Assembly (NCBI RefSeq): GCF_006345805.1
Contig: NC_042998.1
Coordinates: 133,920,001 to 133,984,000, forward strand
DNA from: Octopus sinensis
Lineage: Eukaryota
Reading direction: 5' to 3'
DNA: 64,000 bases
Shown here: positions 13,661 through 27,375 of the stretch, piece by piece
How the letters are laid out: the number at the start of each line of letters is the position of its first letter
How positions within the stretch are numbered: position 1 is the stretch's first letter
Program-made: the position numbers and the translations under genes
Notes under the pieces: generated by a model
What the model was told of the DNA's origin: nothing
The model's database searches: none
Seen by the model: the letters and a program-made list of their open reading frames with translations, nothing else

Positions 13661-13706
13661 TTAATTTTTCCATTTTGATTTTATTTTAAATATTATTGTA
13701 CGTATG

Positions 13707-13908
13707 AGGGCGGTGGAGCTGGCAGAATCGGTAACATGCCGGGCAAAATGCATAGCAACATTTCTAAGTTCAAATTCCGCCGCGGTCGACTTTACTTTTC
13801 ATCTTTTCAGAGTCGATAAAATAAGTACCAGTTGAACAATGGGGTCGATGTAATCGACTTGCTGCCTCCGCCAAAATTGCTGGCCTTGTGCAAAAATTTG
13901 AAACCAAT
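13707..13908 (+). mobile_element. SINE family A (alternative tail)
   Basis: GGCGGTGGAGCTGGCAGAATC head, GTCGACTTTACTTTTCATC core, GGCCTTGTGCAAAAATTTGAAACC tail. Confidence 0.8.
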
Positions 13909-15364
13909 ATGTGTGTGTAAGTGAGGACATGCCAGCTCGTATTATAGATTCCATTACCCGAGTGTGAGTGCATGATCTCACACATATATGTGTACCTGAG
14001 TCTCTTCGATATGTGATTATGTGTGGAGTCACTACTATCGGTAAATTTCATGTTGTGGTAACAGACGTAGTCAAGTAGTTAACAAAAGTATTTCTCTCTC
14101 GAAGTAAGCATTTTTTTCTTTCTTAATCGTGCTAGTGTTTTTTCTCATCACACACTCACAACTTTTGTGCGTGAAATGAACATTTGATTTTATGCTCAAG
14201 AGTACTGCATATTCGGAATGAAAACAATACCGGTTTCGAAAGTGAATAAGTTATTGTAGAGATCTATATTGTACAAAATGTTTGATTATGTTAGGGAGAA
14301 ACAGACTATAGTGAGGAAACTGCAGGCTTTTGAAAGATCAATAATACCTGACAGAAAATCATGGAACTGGAACATATTCTTATATAATTTTTTTTAAAGC
14401 CAAAGTTTTTGAACTAATTGCGAATTTCAGAAACACCTATATATATTTCTTTCTCCGCAGCTGTCCTCGCGCGTATCATGCACACGCATTTGCATCTCAA
14501 GAACATATACATGCTATATTATTTCTTACACATCTACAAACTCCTTATATACATTTACGATATCTTTTCTGTTTGACTTTCACTTTTCAGCTTCTTCAAT
14601 TTTGTTCCAATTGATTTCAAATTTGGTGTATTGTTTTAATTTTGTATGCTAATTATTGAAATGAAATTCATTTTCGTCATAAAATAATAAACAAACAACT
14701 TTTAAAGTTTGCAAATTTTAGGTAATTTTAACCAATCGAAAGCCAGTCGTATAGATGTCTGTTTCCATGATAACATAAATAACCAGTCGGTACTTCTAGT
14801 GTTAAAGCTACAAACTGTGCTGTTTACTCTGTTTTTGGTAATTTTTCGCATTAAGTGCTTATTTGATGCTTAAAACATGTTTTCACATCGAAATGTTGCC
14901 ATGAATGTTTTATCGTTGTAATGTAGTCACACACAAAATAACATCTTCCAAATCCTGTTTTCAGATTGGGCAAAAATTATCGAACTTTAAACCATTGTAA
15001 CTTTTTTTTTCTGGAACAAGAAAATAACGGCCTGAAATTCAGCGTGAAAAATTACATCAATACACCAAATATGAAAAATGTTCCCTTAATTTTAAAATCT
15101 TAACAAGGCAAAGGCAAACATTTATGTTCCGTGTATGTAGGTTTCAAACATATTCATTGATAATTCTGTGTGCGTGTATGTGTGTATGTATGTATATTAT
15201 ATGCATCACTGGTAAACATAGTTGAATGTTGTGTTAATCTCTAAATACTGTGTTAATACTCCTTTTTAGTATATGTATACATACACACGCACAAACACAC
15301 ACATATATATGTATGTACAAACACACATACACACACATATATATATACATAGATACATACATAC

Positions 15365-16100
15365 ACAGGGTAAATTGCGATAGGTAAATTGTTTCCATTT
15401 TATATTTTTAATTTTGCGCATGCGCATTGCTTGTTTTTAATTTTGTCGGCTACACAGTATAGTAGGGTCAGTTGGGCACCACCTGAGAGAAAAGCAGCAC
15501 CATGACGCAATTCACTCTGCCAGAAACTTGGAAACGACACGATGTACTACTTAGCATTCGCGCTGGAGGCTCCAATGCGAACATTTCAGAGTGTTAAGTG
15601 TCAATCTCAGTCCCAAAAACATGTACCGAGAGTGATAAAAATCAAACATCCAATGGTGTTATGCCTCCATTCATCTTCTCACACGACTTTAAACTCAACA
15701 TGGAGACCTACATCATGTGCCTGGAGGAGGTAGTGCTGTTCTGGGTCAAGAGGGTGGCTGCTGAAAGACGCTATGTCTGGCAACAGGACTCTGCACCTTT
15801 CCACACATGCAGGAGAACCCAGTCATGGCTGTCAGACAATTTTTGCGACCACATCACCCCAAACATCTGGCGACCTAACTCCCCAGACTGCAGCCCCTCT
15901 GGTTATTACGTGTGGTGCGCAGTTGAACGAGAGACAAACAAAACTCCTTGTAACACCAAAGATGTACTGAAGACAAGGATTATGGCAGCATTCATGAACT
16001 TAAATAAAGAGACCATCCAGAAGAGTTGCAGGAGATTCCGAAGTCGTCCGGAGGCCGTGGTTAAAGTATTTAGTATTTCAAGATATTTCTATGTAATTTT
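15365..16100 (+). mobile_element. Internally deleted DD37D (maT-type) Tc1/mariner element
   Basis: ATG 15502 MTQFTLPETWKRHDVLLSIRAGG; ORF 15598-16128 has WQQDSAPFH...WRPNSPDCSPSGYYVW, with 37 residues between the QQD Asp and the mutated third acidic position; TIRs not resolved. Confidence 0.8.
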
Positions 16101-16171
16101 GGTAAATATATCTGTTAAAATTAGATGAATCGCGTAATTTAGATGAGAATCTATTCACCGCACTCTCTCTC

Positions 16172-17345
16172 TCTATATATATATATTTTTATATATATAA
16201 AACTGAGAATGTGTGTCTGTGTGTTTCCCTAAAACTTGAGAACTACACAACCAATTTCATTCAAATTTTACACATGCCTTACTTAGGGTCCGGGGAGTGT
16301 CATCGGCAAAATTTTGAACTTTTTGCCTTGGGCGAGCCCACAGCAATATCATATATTCTCCACTACGATTCCCTAAAACTTGAGAACTACACAACCAATT
16401 TCATTCAAATTTTACACATGCCTTACTTAGGGTCCATGTAGTTTCATGGGCAAAAAAAATGTTCAACTTCTTGCCTAGAGTGAGCCCACAGCAATATCAT
16501 ATCTTCTCCACTATTTCAGTATTACGTGTTAAAAGTGAAACAAAAATATTTCTCTATTTTATGTCAGATACTTTCACTTTAACAATAAAAAAAATAACAA
16601 TTGAATTATATGTAGTAAGTAATAATTAAAATCAAACTAAAGTAACATGACAAAAGTAAAAACAGCAATTGGTATAAAATTGCATCAATGATTTGAACTT
16701 GTATAAATGGTTTCACATGAATGGGAATAAATTAAAAATAAAATTAGCGTGCAGAAATGGAATAGTCCAGATGGATAATAAAAAATTAAATTAAAGAAAA
16801 GACTATTGTCTATAAAGTATACAATGTAGAGAAAAAAGAAGATTTCAGCACATGGAGGAAAGCACCTTCGAAAAGTGTTTTGGTGCGACTATGAGAGGTA
16901 TCTAATCAGAGGTGGTAAATTCGCCACAATAGAAGCAAGGTTCGAGTCAACGGAGCGTGCAAGGGAGTACTCGACTCGAACTTGCAAAGTGGAAATATTT
17001 TATGTTTACCTTTATATCTGGGACGTAGGACGTCCCGGAAAAAAAAACATTTTAAATCCCCGCCCCCCGAAGTAGAGGTAGGCTGGATTGTAGCCACACT
17101 TCTATACAAGAGGGAGGACAAGATACAATTGATCGAAATTACAAGGGACGGGCTAACAATTCCAGTCTGTTATATATTTTGAGTATTGTTATCACTAGCG
17201 ATATCAAGATATAACTTTGTATTTTGTATTTTGTGTAGATGTATATATATAGATGTACATGTAATATGAAATATGTACGCATATATATACACATATATAC
17301 ATGCACTAGCACTATGACCCGGCAACGACGGGTCTTTAATGCTAG
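16172..17345 (+). mobile_element. Non-autonomous Helitron
   Basis: 5' TC-TATATA...AAAACTGAGAATGTGTGTCTGTG; 3' hairpin GACCCG-GCAACGA-CGGGTC (17316-17334) then CTAG (17342-17345) followed by T; internal ~65-bp direct repeat at ~16227 and ~16371. Confidence 0.7.
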
Positions 17346-18487
17346 TATATATATATATAATATATATATATATACACACACACATGTATGTATGTATGTA
17401 TGTATGTATGCATGTATGTATGTACGTATGTATGTATGTTCTTGTTCTCTTCTGTATATTATTTTTGTGATGTAAAAAAATTCTCTCATATGTTCATTTC
17501 CTTGTTGCCGATCTTAGCTTGATCCACATTGGTCAAGTTACTGGTTAATTTAAAAAGTGAATAAAACCTTCTTAGCCGCTACCATGGATTGTTTTTTCCT
17601 ATATTCGTGAATAATGTACAAGTCTTTACAACTCCAAGTGAAGATGATAATTGAAATAGCACAGTTGTGACCTCTACCACATTAACGATTAAAATTGTCA
17701 CACCTGAAAATCTAAACAGGCTAACAATCTTTACATGTCAACCAGCAGTTTGCCATACGAAGACCAAAACCATGATCTCATACACTAAAAACCGAATTAA
17801 CAAACGCTCGCTTGTGTTACTTAATCACTGAAGTTACCACAATAAATAACAATAAATATAGTCTTTTCACAATAAATATAGTCTTTTCATTTTCAACTCT
17901 TCGTCACTTCTTCATCGAATTACATCACCGTGGTCATCTGTCTAGTTTTTCTAGTCACCGTCTAACGTTCCGTTGCAATATAAGCAATGATTCCACACAA
18001 AGTGTTTCCCTTATTTCCGTGGCAAATATCTACCTGCACCAGAATACATTTGCCCACTTAGATAACTCGTACTTTAACGCTGCAAAAACTATCACCGCTG
18101 CATTTCAACCCTGCCGCGTTTCGACTATCAATCTCACTCTCATAAGCGTTATAATATTGCTTTTGGGCACTCAGCACTAAATCCCATGCATCTGAATTCA
18201 CTATAAATAAAATAAGCTCTCAATCCCATTACCATTACATCTATCAACACCTCATATATATCACTGTCACCAGCACCAGTTCATCCAACATTAATAATTT
18301 CACCAAATCTATCATCGTTTTACATATCACTACCGCCTCCTCAACTGTCATCCTGCTGTCACAAACAGCTTTATATATTGCTTCTAGTCTAAAACATCTC
18401 CAGTACACAACTGCAAACTTCTGACACCGCATTAACATTAATTTTACCACAAATATCATCATCATCATCGTTTTCATCGTCGTCATT

Positions 18488-18518
<31 letters not shown>

Positions 18519-18723
18519 CCATCAAAAACAACCGCACATGCTCTGCCAGCAATATTCCCCACTACCATTATAACCGTCATCATTAACACAGTAATTCTAA
18601 CAATAATCACTAACAGTTCCATCATTGGCCTGAAGAATCTTCCTGTATATTGAGAAGTCGCAAGGTCGAAGTGAAAATGACGGCCATCAGACAAAGTCTC
18701 ATTTTTTATATACATGTATCGAG

Positions 18724-18948
18724 CAAGGTTGCGAGCTGATAGAGTAATTAGATAGCACGCCGGACAAAATGCATCGCAACTTTTCTTCCTTCTTTATGTT
18801 CTGAGTTCAAATTTCGCCAAGGTCGATTTGGCGTTTCATCTTTCTGAAGTAGATAAAATAAGTACCAGTTGAACATTGGGGTCAATGTAATCAACTATCT
18901 CCCTCTCTTAAAAAATTTCACTCCGTGTGAAAGTCCAGTAGAAAGGAT
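18724..18948 (+). mobile_element. Diverged SINE family A
   Basis: TTCTGAGTTCAAATTTCGCCAAGGTCGATTTGGCGTTTCATC...AAATAAGTACCAGTTG. Confidence 0.75.
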
Positions 18949-18963
18949 TTTATGTTCTGTGCA

Positions 18964-19003
<40 letters not shown>

Positions 19004-19520
19004 TGTGTACGTGCGCTGTTAGAATATTTAATACAAGTTGATTATTCATAAAACTTTAACAAAATGAAGAAAAGTTTGAGTTTTGGAGTATGCAGCGCTA
19101 CCACTTCAATTTTCTGTCTTGAAGACATTTTCGAGACTTCGATGTTTTTAATACATTTGTAGTTACAAGTGTGGATAAAAAAAAATTTAATAGATGAACC
19201 TGAGATTCGCAATTAGTTCAAAAAGAGATTTTTAAATAAAACTAATTCTACATAATTAGTTTTGCTTGTCTCAGTCAGTGGATTGCAGTCATGCTAGGAC
19301 ACCAGCTTCAAGGGTTTTAGTCGAACAGATGGGTCCTAATACTATTTTTAAGCCCGGTATTTATTCTATCTGTCTCTTTTGCCGAAATGCTAAGTTATAG
19401 GTACATAAACGAACCAATACTATTTATCAAGTAGTGTGGGGACAAACACAAGTACACTTACACACGCACACGCTCGCACACCCGTACATACACACACACG
19501 CATATATATATATATATATA

Positions 19521-20127
19521 TGTAAGGTATACTAGCCATCTCAATATGGCTAACCACTAAGGGTGGGTGTTACTGCAGCTTGTACCCCAGGAGATCATCG
19601 TCTCCAGCTGGCTTTAGGCACACTTTCTGTGCCCTTATGGTATTTGCAAAGGGAGGTCATCCCTCTCTCGTCAACCTAAGTGATACGCACGGACTGCAGT
19701 TTCTAGGTATTTGCCTGTCTTCAGCGTACGGCAATCACCGGTTTTCGATGAAGGTAGACCGTTTGCAAATCCTTATTTATTGTTTTTCCAGTAACTTCTC
19801 GTCACTGATTTCGAAAAACTGTCTGCAAGCAATAATAAATCACTGAACGAGATGTAAACAGTAACTGCACGACAATGTAAGGTATACTAGCCATCTCAAT
19901 ATGGCTAACCACTAAGGGTGGGTGTTACTGTAGCTTGTAGCCCCAGGAGATCATCGTCTCCAGCTGGCTTTAGGCACACTTTCTGTGCCCTTATGGTATT
20001 TGCAAATCTCCTGGGACTACAAGCTACAGTAACACCCACCCTTAGTGGTTAGCCATATTGAGATGGCTAGTATACCTTACATTGTCGTGCAGTTACTGTT
20101 TACATCTCGTTCAGAGATTTATTATTG

Positions 20128-20129
<2 letters not shown>
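19521..20129 (-). mobile_element. HHR-bearing 355-bp unit (1.4 tandem copies) with inverted partial copy; retrozyme or PLE-pLTR-like
   Basis: TGTAAGGTATACTAGCC recurs at 19521 and 19876; 20008-20129 is the reverse complement of ~19826-19948; (TA)n on both sides. Confidence 0.85.
19686..19730 (-). ncRNA. Minimal type-I hammerhead ribozyme
   Basis: Minus strand CGTACG-CTGAAGA-C-AGG-CAAATA-CCT-A-GAAAC-TGCA-GTC-CGTGCG; core intact, palindromic stem III, C.A mismatch at the base of stem II. Confidence 0.8.
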
Positions 20130-20172
<43 letters not shown>

Positions 20173-20181
20173 TATACATAT

Positions 20182-20238
<57 letters not shown>

Positions 20239-20253
20239 TATATATACACATAC

Positions 20254-20300
<47 letters not shown>

Positions 20301-21300
20301 CGATGGGCTTCTTTCAGTTTTCGTCTCTCAAATCCACTCATAAAGATTTGTTTGGCCAGAAACTGTAGTGGAAGACATTTGCCCAAGGTGTCACGCAGTG
20401 GGACTAAACCTAAAACTATGTGAGATTAATCAGAGCCGACTTGAAACCAAACAACGACAATCACTGTTGCTGTCACACCAAGCATTATGTACACAATGGT
20501 TACCAACATGACCAACAACACCACTTTCAGTACAAGTAACGAAAAAAGGCTCCTCTTCAACTTGGCAGTTGTTCGACTTGCGAGAAACAGCAGCGACATT
20601 ACTTTCAATTAAGTCTCACAGTCTTAAAATACGAAGTACGCATCAAACAAGGTAGGCCTAGATACATAAAACGGTGGAATGGTCAAGGTCGGAATGCTTT
20701 TAACCGTAGGTTTTCTCGGTTGTAATTGACCTAAGACTAAACACAAGTATAACCTTTTAACATCCTGTTTGCTACTGATATGTACCTCCACCTCATCCTT
20801 TTCACCCATAATAATAACAATTATCAATAGTAGCAAGTTCCTCTTCCGTTTTAATCATTATCCTAGTTCCTCAATACGTCACATAGATATAGAACTATGT
20901 CCTTGATAATACATTCACAGCGAGGTTGATGTTTCACTTCTAGGTTAAAGGTGAGAGGTCGGGATAAACAATTTTATTGAAAAGAGAATAACGGGAAATA
21001 CCTTTCACCAAGACACCTAACATAAACTATGAATCATACGTAAATATAGTTAACCTGCCTTGAGAGATTATTTCAGCTAAAACCCCAATTAACCATATGC
21101 AATTAGGCACATGCATAGCTGTGTAGTTAACATTTTTTTCTTTACAGCTACGATGTTCTGGTTCGATCTCTCTGCGCAACACATTAAGCATGTGTCTTGT
21201 ACTGTAGTCTCGAGTTTGATCCCACTTTGCAAGTGGAATATTTGTGGACCAGCATGTATAAATGGTTGCACCATTTGATAGGTATCGATAAAATGTATGT

Positions 21301-21696
21301 AGGCGCAGCTGTGTGGTAAGTAGTTTGCTTACTAACCACATGGTTCCGGGTTCAGTCCCACAGCGTGGTACCTTGGGCAAGTGTCTTCTATTATAGCCTC
21401 CTGCCGACCAAAGCCTTGAGTGGATTTGGTAGACGGAAACTGAAATAAGCCCGTCGTCGTATATGTGGGGGGTGGGGGATGTTGGTGTATCTGTGTTTGT
21501 ACCCCCAACATCGCTTGACAACCGATGTTGGTGTGTTTACGCCCTCGTAACTTAGCGCTTCGGTAAAAAAAAAGACCGATAAAATAAGTACTAGGCTTAC
21601 AAATAATAAGTTCTGGGGTCGATTTGTTCGACTAAAGGCGGTGCTCCATCATGGCTGCAGTCAATTGACTGAAACAAAAAAAAATAGAATAAGAGA
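21301..21696 (+). mobile_element. SINE family C, full length with a short internal linker
   Basis: Head GGCGCAGCTGTGTGGTAAG...GGGTTCAGTCCCAC; CACCTTGGGCAAGTG-like CORE-type segment; tail to GACTGAAAC. Confidence 0.88.
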
Positions 21697-21721
21697 ATAT
21701 ATATATATATATATATTATAT

Positions 21722-21775
<54 letters not shown>

Positions 21776-22031
21776 ATATATATATTATATGTATGTATGT
21801 ATGTATATTCATATCAAATTTCATATTATATAGATAATAAAAAATATATAGGTATGCACATATATATATATACACATACATATACATATATGTGCGAGCG
21901 TGTGTAGTATGTATTTATGTATGTATATACATGACATGAATCGTCTTTTTACGGTCGAACTGTGGTGTGGGTATGAGAAAATTGGTTGACTCATTCCTGT
22001 GTTTATGTCTGTTAATTAATGTCTATGTCTG

Positions 22032-22098
<67 letters not shown>

Positions 22099-22151
22099 AT
22101 GCGCAAGTGTGCGTGCATCTCCGTGTGTGCATGGTTGTGAGTGTGTGTGTT

Positions 22152-22184
<33 letters not shown>

Positions 22185-22590
22185 TTGTTTTTTTTTATTT
22201 TAAGTATATCAAGAAAATAGGGATAGTTAATTGAAGAATTTGGAATGCCTATATTTTCTATAGGATAACAGGAAGTGTACTGATTATTTCTCCATATGCT
22301 AATAAGGCAGTGACAAATGGAAGTTATTAGGCTGCTTCACGTGGTTTATTCAAAAGGTTTGTTTTCTTTTCACCAGGGACTGGCACTTCTTTGAAGGAGT
22401 GGTCAGAGGAACAAAGCGGACTCTTATTCTAAAGATTTGGAAATTTTTCCGGCTGTGATATTAATTAGCCGATCATCCACTAGGATTGACAGTTCTGTTG
22501 CCAATTGGCACGCAAGAAACGGTTAGCGTCTTGATTTTCAGAGGTGTGGGCAGGGAATTCAGTTGACGGACGATACAGTAGTATTATAAA

Positions 22591-22818
22591 GGCGAGCTGG
22601 CAGAAACGTTAGCACGCCGGGCGAAATGCGTAGCCGTATTTCGTCTGCCGATACGTTCTGAGTTCAAATTCCGCCGAGGTCGACTTTGCCTTTCATCCTT
22701 TCGAGGTCGATTAAATAAGTACCAGTTACGCACTGGGGTCGATATAATCGACTGAATCCGTTTGTCTGTCCTTGTTTGTCCTCTCTGTGTTTAGCCCCTT
22801 GTGGGTAGAATAGAAATA
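22591..22818 (+). mobile_element. SINE family A with 11-bp TSD
   Basis: AGTATTATAAA at 22580-22590 and 22819-22829. Confidence 0.9.
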
Positions 22819-22876
22819 AGTATTATAAATACACACATGTGCGCGCATACAGTAATGAATACATACATACTACACA

Positions 22877-22919
<43 letters not shown>

Positions 22920-23526
22920 CATACATATATATATATGCGCATATCCATCAATTTGTTATTTACTTATCTGTGTGTGTGTGTATGTTTGCGCGCGCGCGCG
23001 TGTGTGTGTGTGTGTATGTGTGTATGTGTGTGTGCGTGTGAATTACGTACGTACATACATATATTCGTATATCACATGCATTTGTAAGTAACATATTTGT
23101 TGTATATTTGTGCTGAAGTAGCATTTATGAACGGGTCAAAAATTGGTTCACCGCATTTCAGGTCATGCGAGTGGCAAGATGTCTGGGCATTTGTCCTTTA
23201 AAAACCTGCAAATCATCAGCCGAGATGACACAGACAGTAGCTGCTGGACGTTTATATTTTGAATGTTAAATGCTGAAAATTTATGGGCAAAATGTTGGGT
23301 TTTGCATCTCATAGTTGTAATATTAGGTATATTCTCTAAGTATAGCATGTTTTTGTTTTTTACAAAAATCTTCAATAACTCAAATGTCAGTAGTTTTTTT
23401 TATGAACAAAGATTTAGGTTGAAATTATATTATTCTAGGCATAAATTAAGTATATAGTATTACTACACATGAGAAGGGGAAATATAAATGAAAAGGAACA
23501 GTCTAACACGTTTCATACAAGCAAGT

Positions 23527-23850
23527 GAAGGCGCATAGCTCGGTGGTTAGAGCATCTCTCTCGTAATCATGAAGTTGTGAGTTTGATTCCTGGACCGGGC
23601 TGTGTGTTGTGTTCTTGACCAAGACACTTTATTTCACGTTGTTCCAGTTCACTCATCTGCGGAAATGAATTACGACGTCACTGGTACCAAGCTGTATCGG
23701 CCTTTTTACTTTTCCCTCGGATAACACCACTGGCGTAGAGAGGGGCGGCTGATATGCATGGGCGATTGCTGGTCTTTCCAAACTTCTGCCTCGGAAGGGA
23801 ACTTGCAAGGTGCAACTCCATGATCACTCAAGACCTTAAGGGGTTTTTAC

Positions 23851-23853
<3 letters not shown>
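23527..23853 (+). mobile_element. SINE family B (tRNA head plus CORE-like segment)
   Basis: AAGGCGCATAGCTCGGTGGTTAGAG...GAGTTTGATTCC...TTGTGTTCTTGACCAAGACACTTTATTTCAC. Confidence 0.85.
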
Positions 23854-23889
<36 letters not shown>

Positions 23890-24104
23890 ATATGTAAATA
23901 TGTGTATATGTGTGTAAAAATTTAAATTCTGTTTTCTTTGTGATATGCATTTTCACATCAGCAAATTGACTTTAAGCTGCTATTTTGCATACATACTTCT
24001 AGCAGGCCGAGACAGGTCGTTTCAGAGGTGGATGAGTAAAGGGCAATGAAGAGCGGAGATGACCGCGAAATATCTATATCTATCACACCTTCCACTTCCG
24101 GGAC

Positions 24105-24244
<140 letters not shown>

Positions 24245-24257
24245 TATATATATATAT

Positions 24258-24440
24258 GTTTTATCTTTTATCTTTTCCTTGTCGCAGTCATTTGATTATG
24301 GACTGGGGCACCGCCTTCAAGAATTTTTGTCGAATGAATCGACCCCATTACTTATTCTATCGATCTCTTTGCTGAACCGCTAAGTTACGGAGACGTAAAC
24401 ATACCAAGACCGGTTATCAAGTAGTGCTGGGGAACAAACA
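24258..24440 (-). mobile_element. SINE family C 3' tail
   Basis: Reverse complement of the family C tail, followed by (CA)n/(CATA)n. Confidence 0.75.
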
Positions 24441-24498
24441 TAGACACAAAGACACACACGCGCACACACATAAACAGACACGCACACACACACACACA

Positions 24499-24530
<32 letters not shown>

Positions 24531-24643
24531 ATATATATATATATACGTGTGTGCGTGCACGCGCACGCGCACAAATACAAACACATATACATACATACAT
24601 GCATACATAAATACATACATACATACATACATACATACATACA

Positions 24644-24677
<34 letters not shown>

Positions 24678-24960
24678 CATACATATACTTCTTTCAAAAC
24701 AACCCCGGGTCGAACGAGAGCAAGAATCCTAAAAAACTCATTCGACCCAGGGTTCATTTTAAAGTGCAGGAAAGAAGTATTCTGTCAACGCTTTCATCTA
24801 AGACGTTTCCTACTTCAGAATTGGAATTCGCCATTCGTTGAATAGTTTTGCAACAGCTCACTAGAATATCACCGCGACCAGAGTCGGTGTAAAAGGCTTA
24901 ACACCGTCCTGTCCGTAGCACGGAGAATTATGATCAACTGACCGTTACGTATTCATCCCT

Positions 24961-25040
24961 CGGGTTGTAGAGGGTCTGATGAGCCGCCTATACTGCTAAA
25001 CACTTTATAGGTGCGAAACCAATTCTCTTCCTATGACCCG
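24961..25040 (+). ncRNA. Type-I hammerhead-like motif with long stems I and II
   Basis: CGGGTTGTAG/CTATGACCCG stem I; CTGATGA 24976-24982; stem II GC(C)GCCTATA/TATAGGTGC; GAAAC 25015-25019; stem III and cleavage site imperfect (CAATTC). Confidence 0.6.
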
Positions 25041-25161
25041 TCATAAACTTTAACTTCCTAAAAATATATATTACTGTTCTAATACTTTAGAGTGTGCTTC
25101 TTTTACGGATACATGAACTTCTGACCGATTTATATAGCGTCAGTATGTTTTGTGTGTGTGT

Positions 25162-25207
<46 letters not shown>

Positions 25208-25455
25208 TGTCTGTCTGTCTAATTTTGTGTAGTGATTGTGGAAGGAAAGGTAGCTTAAACTGTAGAAAAGTTTTGGGCAAAAAATATAATACAGGTATAA
25301 ATTGTTATTGCGGTTGTTTAGGCTACAATCAATCTTAATGAAGAACTAGGACATTTTGACAGTCTGCAGTCTGAAAATAAAAAAACATTGTATATATATA
25401 TATGTGTGTGTGTGTATGTGTGTGTGTGTGTGTGTGTGTGAGTGTGTGTGTGTGT

Positions 25456-26155
25456 GCCGTTTCTTAGGTGTCATCAGTATTGCAATAGTTGTAGCTCATC
25501 CTCAACGGACGCGAAATTTAGACATACACTAAAATGAGAACACCTTTGTGGTATAGATAATTTGTATAAATGAGACAAAATGAGAGAAGAGAAATAACTT
25601 AGTGTCTAATGCCATATATTTGAATAGCAAAGATGAATAAGCATATATTAAATGACATATAGGTTAAATTCTTGATGCTTTGATAATCTCTCCACTTCCA
25701 AAGGAGATAAAGTAATCGATTGGGGGCAACAGGTAACAACCCCAAATGAAAAGGGGAGGTAATTTTAGGTCTTTAGAATTCTCCAACATTTATATGCTAT
25801 TTAGAAAAAGACAGCCTCAGACATGAGTTTCTGCCTCAGTAGACGTCATTTTCACAGCAATTGTGCTTCAGCTGACGAGGCAACTAGATATATACGCCTA
25901 TATGTATGTGTGAATGCATGCACGTATGTATACATCTATGTTTGTATTATATATGTGCGCATCTGTTACATGTTCAAAGGTTACGTCAGTACTCAGAAAT
26001 CAACACCGGAGCAATTAGCACACACATGTCTACACACTCACACATACACGTAGAACTCACAAACATAAACGGACTTATATTCGTATTTGTATGTATGTAT
26101 GTATATATATATATATATACATATTTATCTGTATATCTCTGTATGTATATGTATA

Positions 26156-26214
<59 letters not shown>

Positions 26215-26229
26215 GTAGGTATATGTATA

Positions 26230-26261
<32 letters not shown>

Positions 26262-26284
26262 CATATATATATGTGTGTGCGTGT

Positions 26285-26332
<48 letters not shown>

Positions 26333-27276
26333 CAGATATACATATACATACAGATATAGATATACATATATAGATATATATGTATGTATGTATATATATT
26401 ATATATATATATATATGCTTGTTTCTGTATATATTTGTACGTCTGTGTGTGCGTGTATGTGTGTGTGTATATGTGTGTGTGTGTGGTGTGTGTGAGTGTG
26501 TGTGTGTGTGTGCCGTTTCTTAGGTGTCATCAGTATTGCAATAGTTGTAGCTCATCCTCAACGGACGCGAAATTTAGACATACACTAAAATGAGAACACC
26601 TTTGTGGTATAGATAATTTGTATAAATGAGACAAAATGAGAGAAGAGAAATAACTTAGTGTTCTAATGCCATATATTTGAATAGCAAAGATGAATAAGCA
26701 TATATTAAATGACATATAGGTTAAATTCTTGATGCTTTGATAATCTCTCCACTTCCAAAGGAGATAAAGTAATCGATTGGGGGCAACAGGTAACAACCCC
26801 AAATGAAAAGGGGAGGTAATTTTAGGTCTTTAGAATTCTCCAACATTTTATGTATGCTATTTAGAAAAAGACAGCCTCAGAATGAGTTTCTGCCTCAGTA
26901 GACGTCATTTTCACAGCAATTGTGCTTCAGCTGACGAGGCAACTAGATATATACGCCTATATGTATGTGTGAATGCATGCACGTATGTACCATCTATGTT
27001 TGTATTATATATGTGCGCCTCTGTTACATGTTCCAAAGGTTACGTCAGTACTCAGAAATCAACACCGGAGCAATTAGCACACCATGTCTAAACACTCACA
27101 CATACACGTAGAACTCAAACATAAACGGACTTATTTCGTACATTTGTATGTATTAGTATATATAAATATACATATTTATCTGATATCTGTATGTTATGTA
27201 TATCTGTATATATATATATATTTATTATATATATATATATATACATATATTATATATATATGTAGGTATATGTAAG

Positions 27277-27307
<31 letters not shown>

Positions 27308-27333
27308 CATATATAATGTGTGTGCGTGTGTGT

Positions 27334-27375
<42 letters not shown>

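Larger units (their letters stand above)
19258..20422 (-). mobile_element. SINE family C split by an insertion in its internal (TA)n
   Basis: Tail at 19258-19450 and head at ~20300-20422 (both minus), separated by microsatellite, a 600-bp insert, and more microsatellite. Confidence 0.7.

Noticed and set aside
18244-18715. Poly-Asp and poly-Met ORFs (also 56965-57256)
   Set aside because: (ATC)n/(GAT)n microsatellites
23150-23270. Possible exon after CATTTCAG
   Set aside because: Weak pyrimidine tract, early stops in the frames read and no recognised homology
25814-25881. Possible minus-strand hammerhead (GCCTCG...CTGAAGC...GAAAC-TCAT-GTC-TGAGGC)
   Set aside because: Core A9 is mutated, four extra bases sit between stem I and the core, and there is no clear stem II
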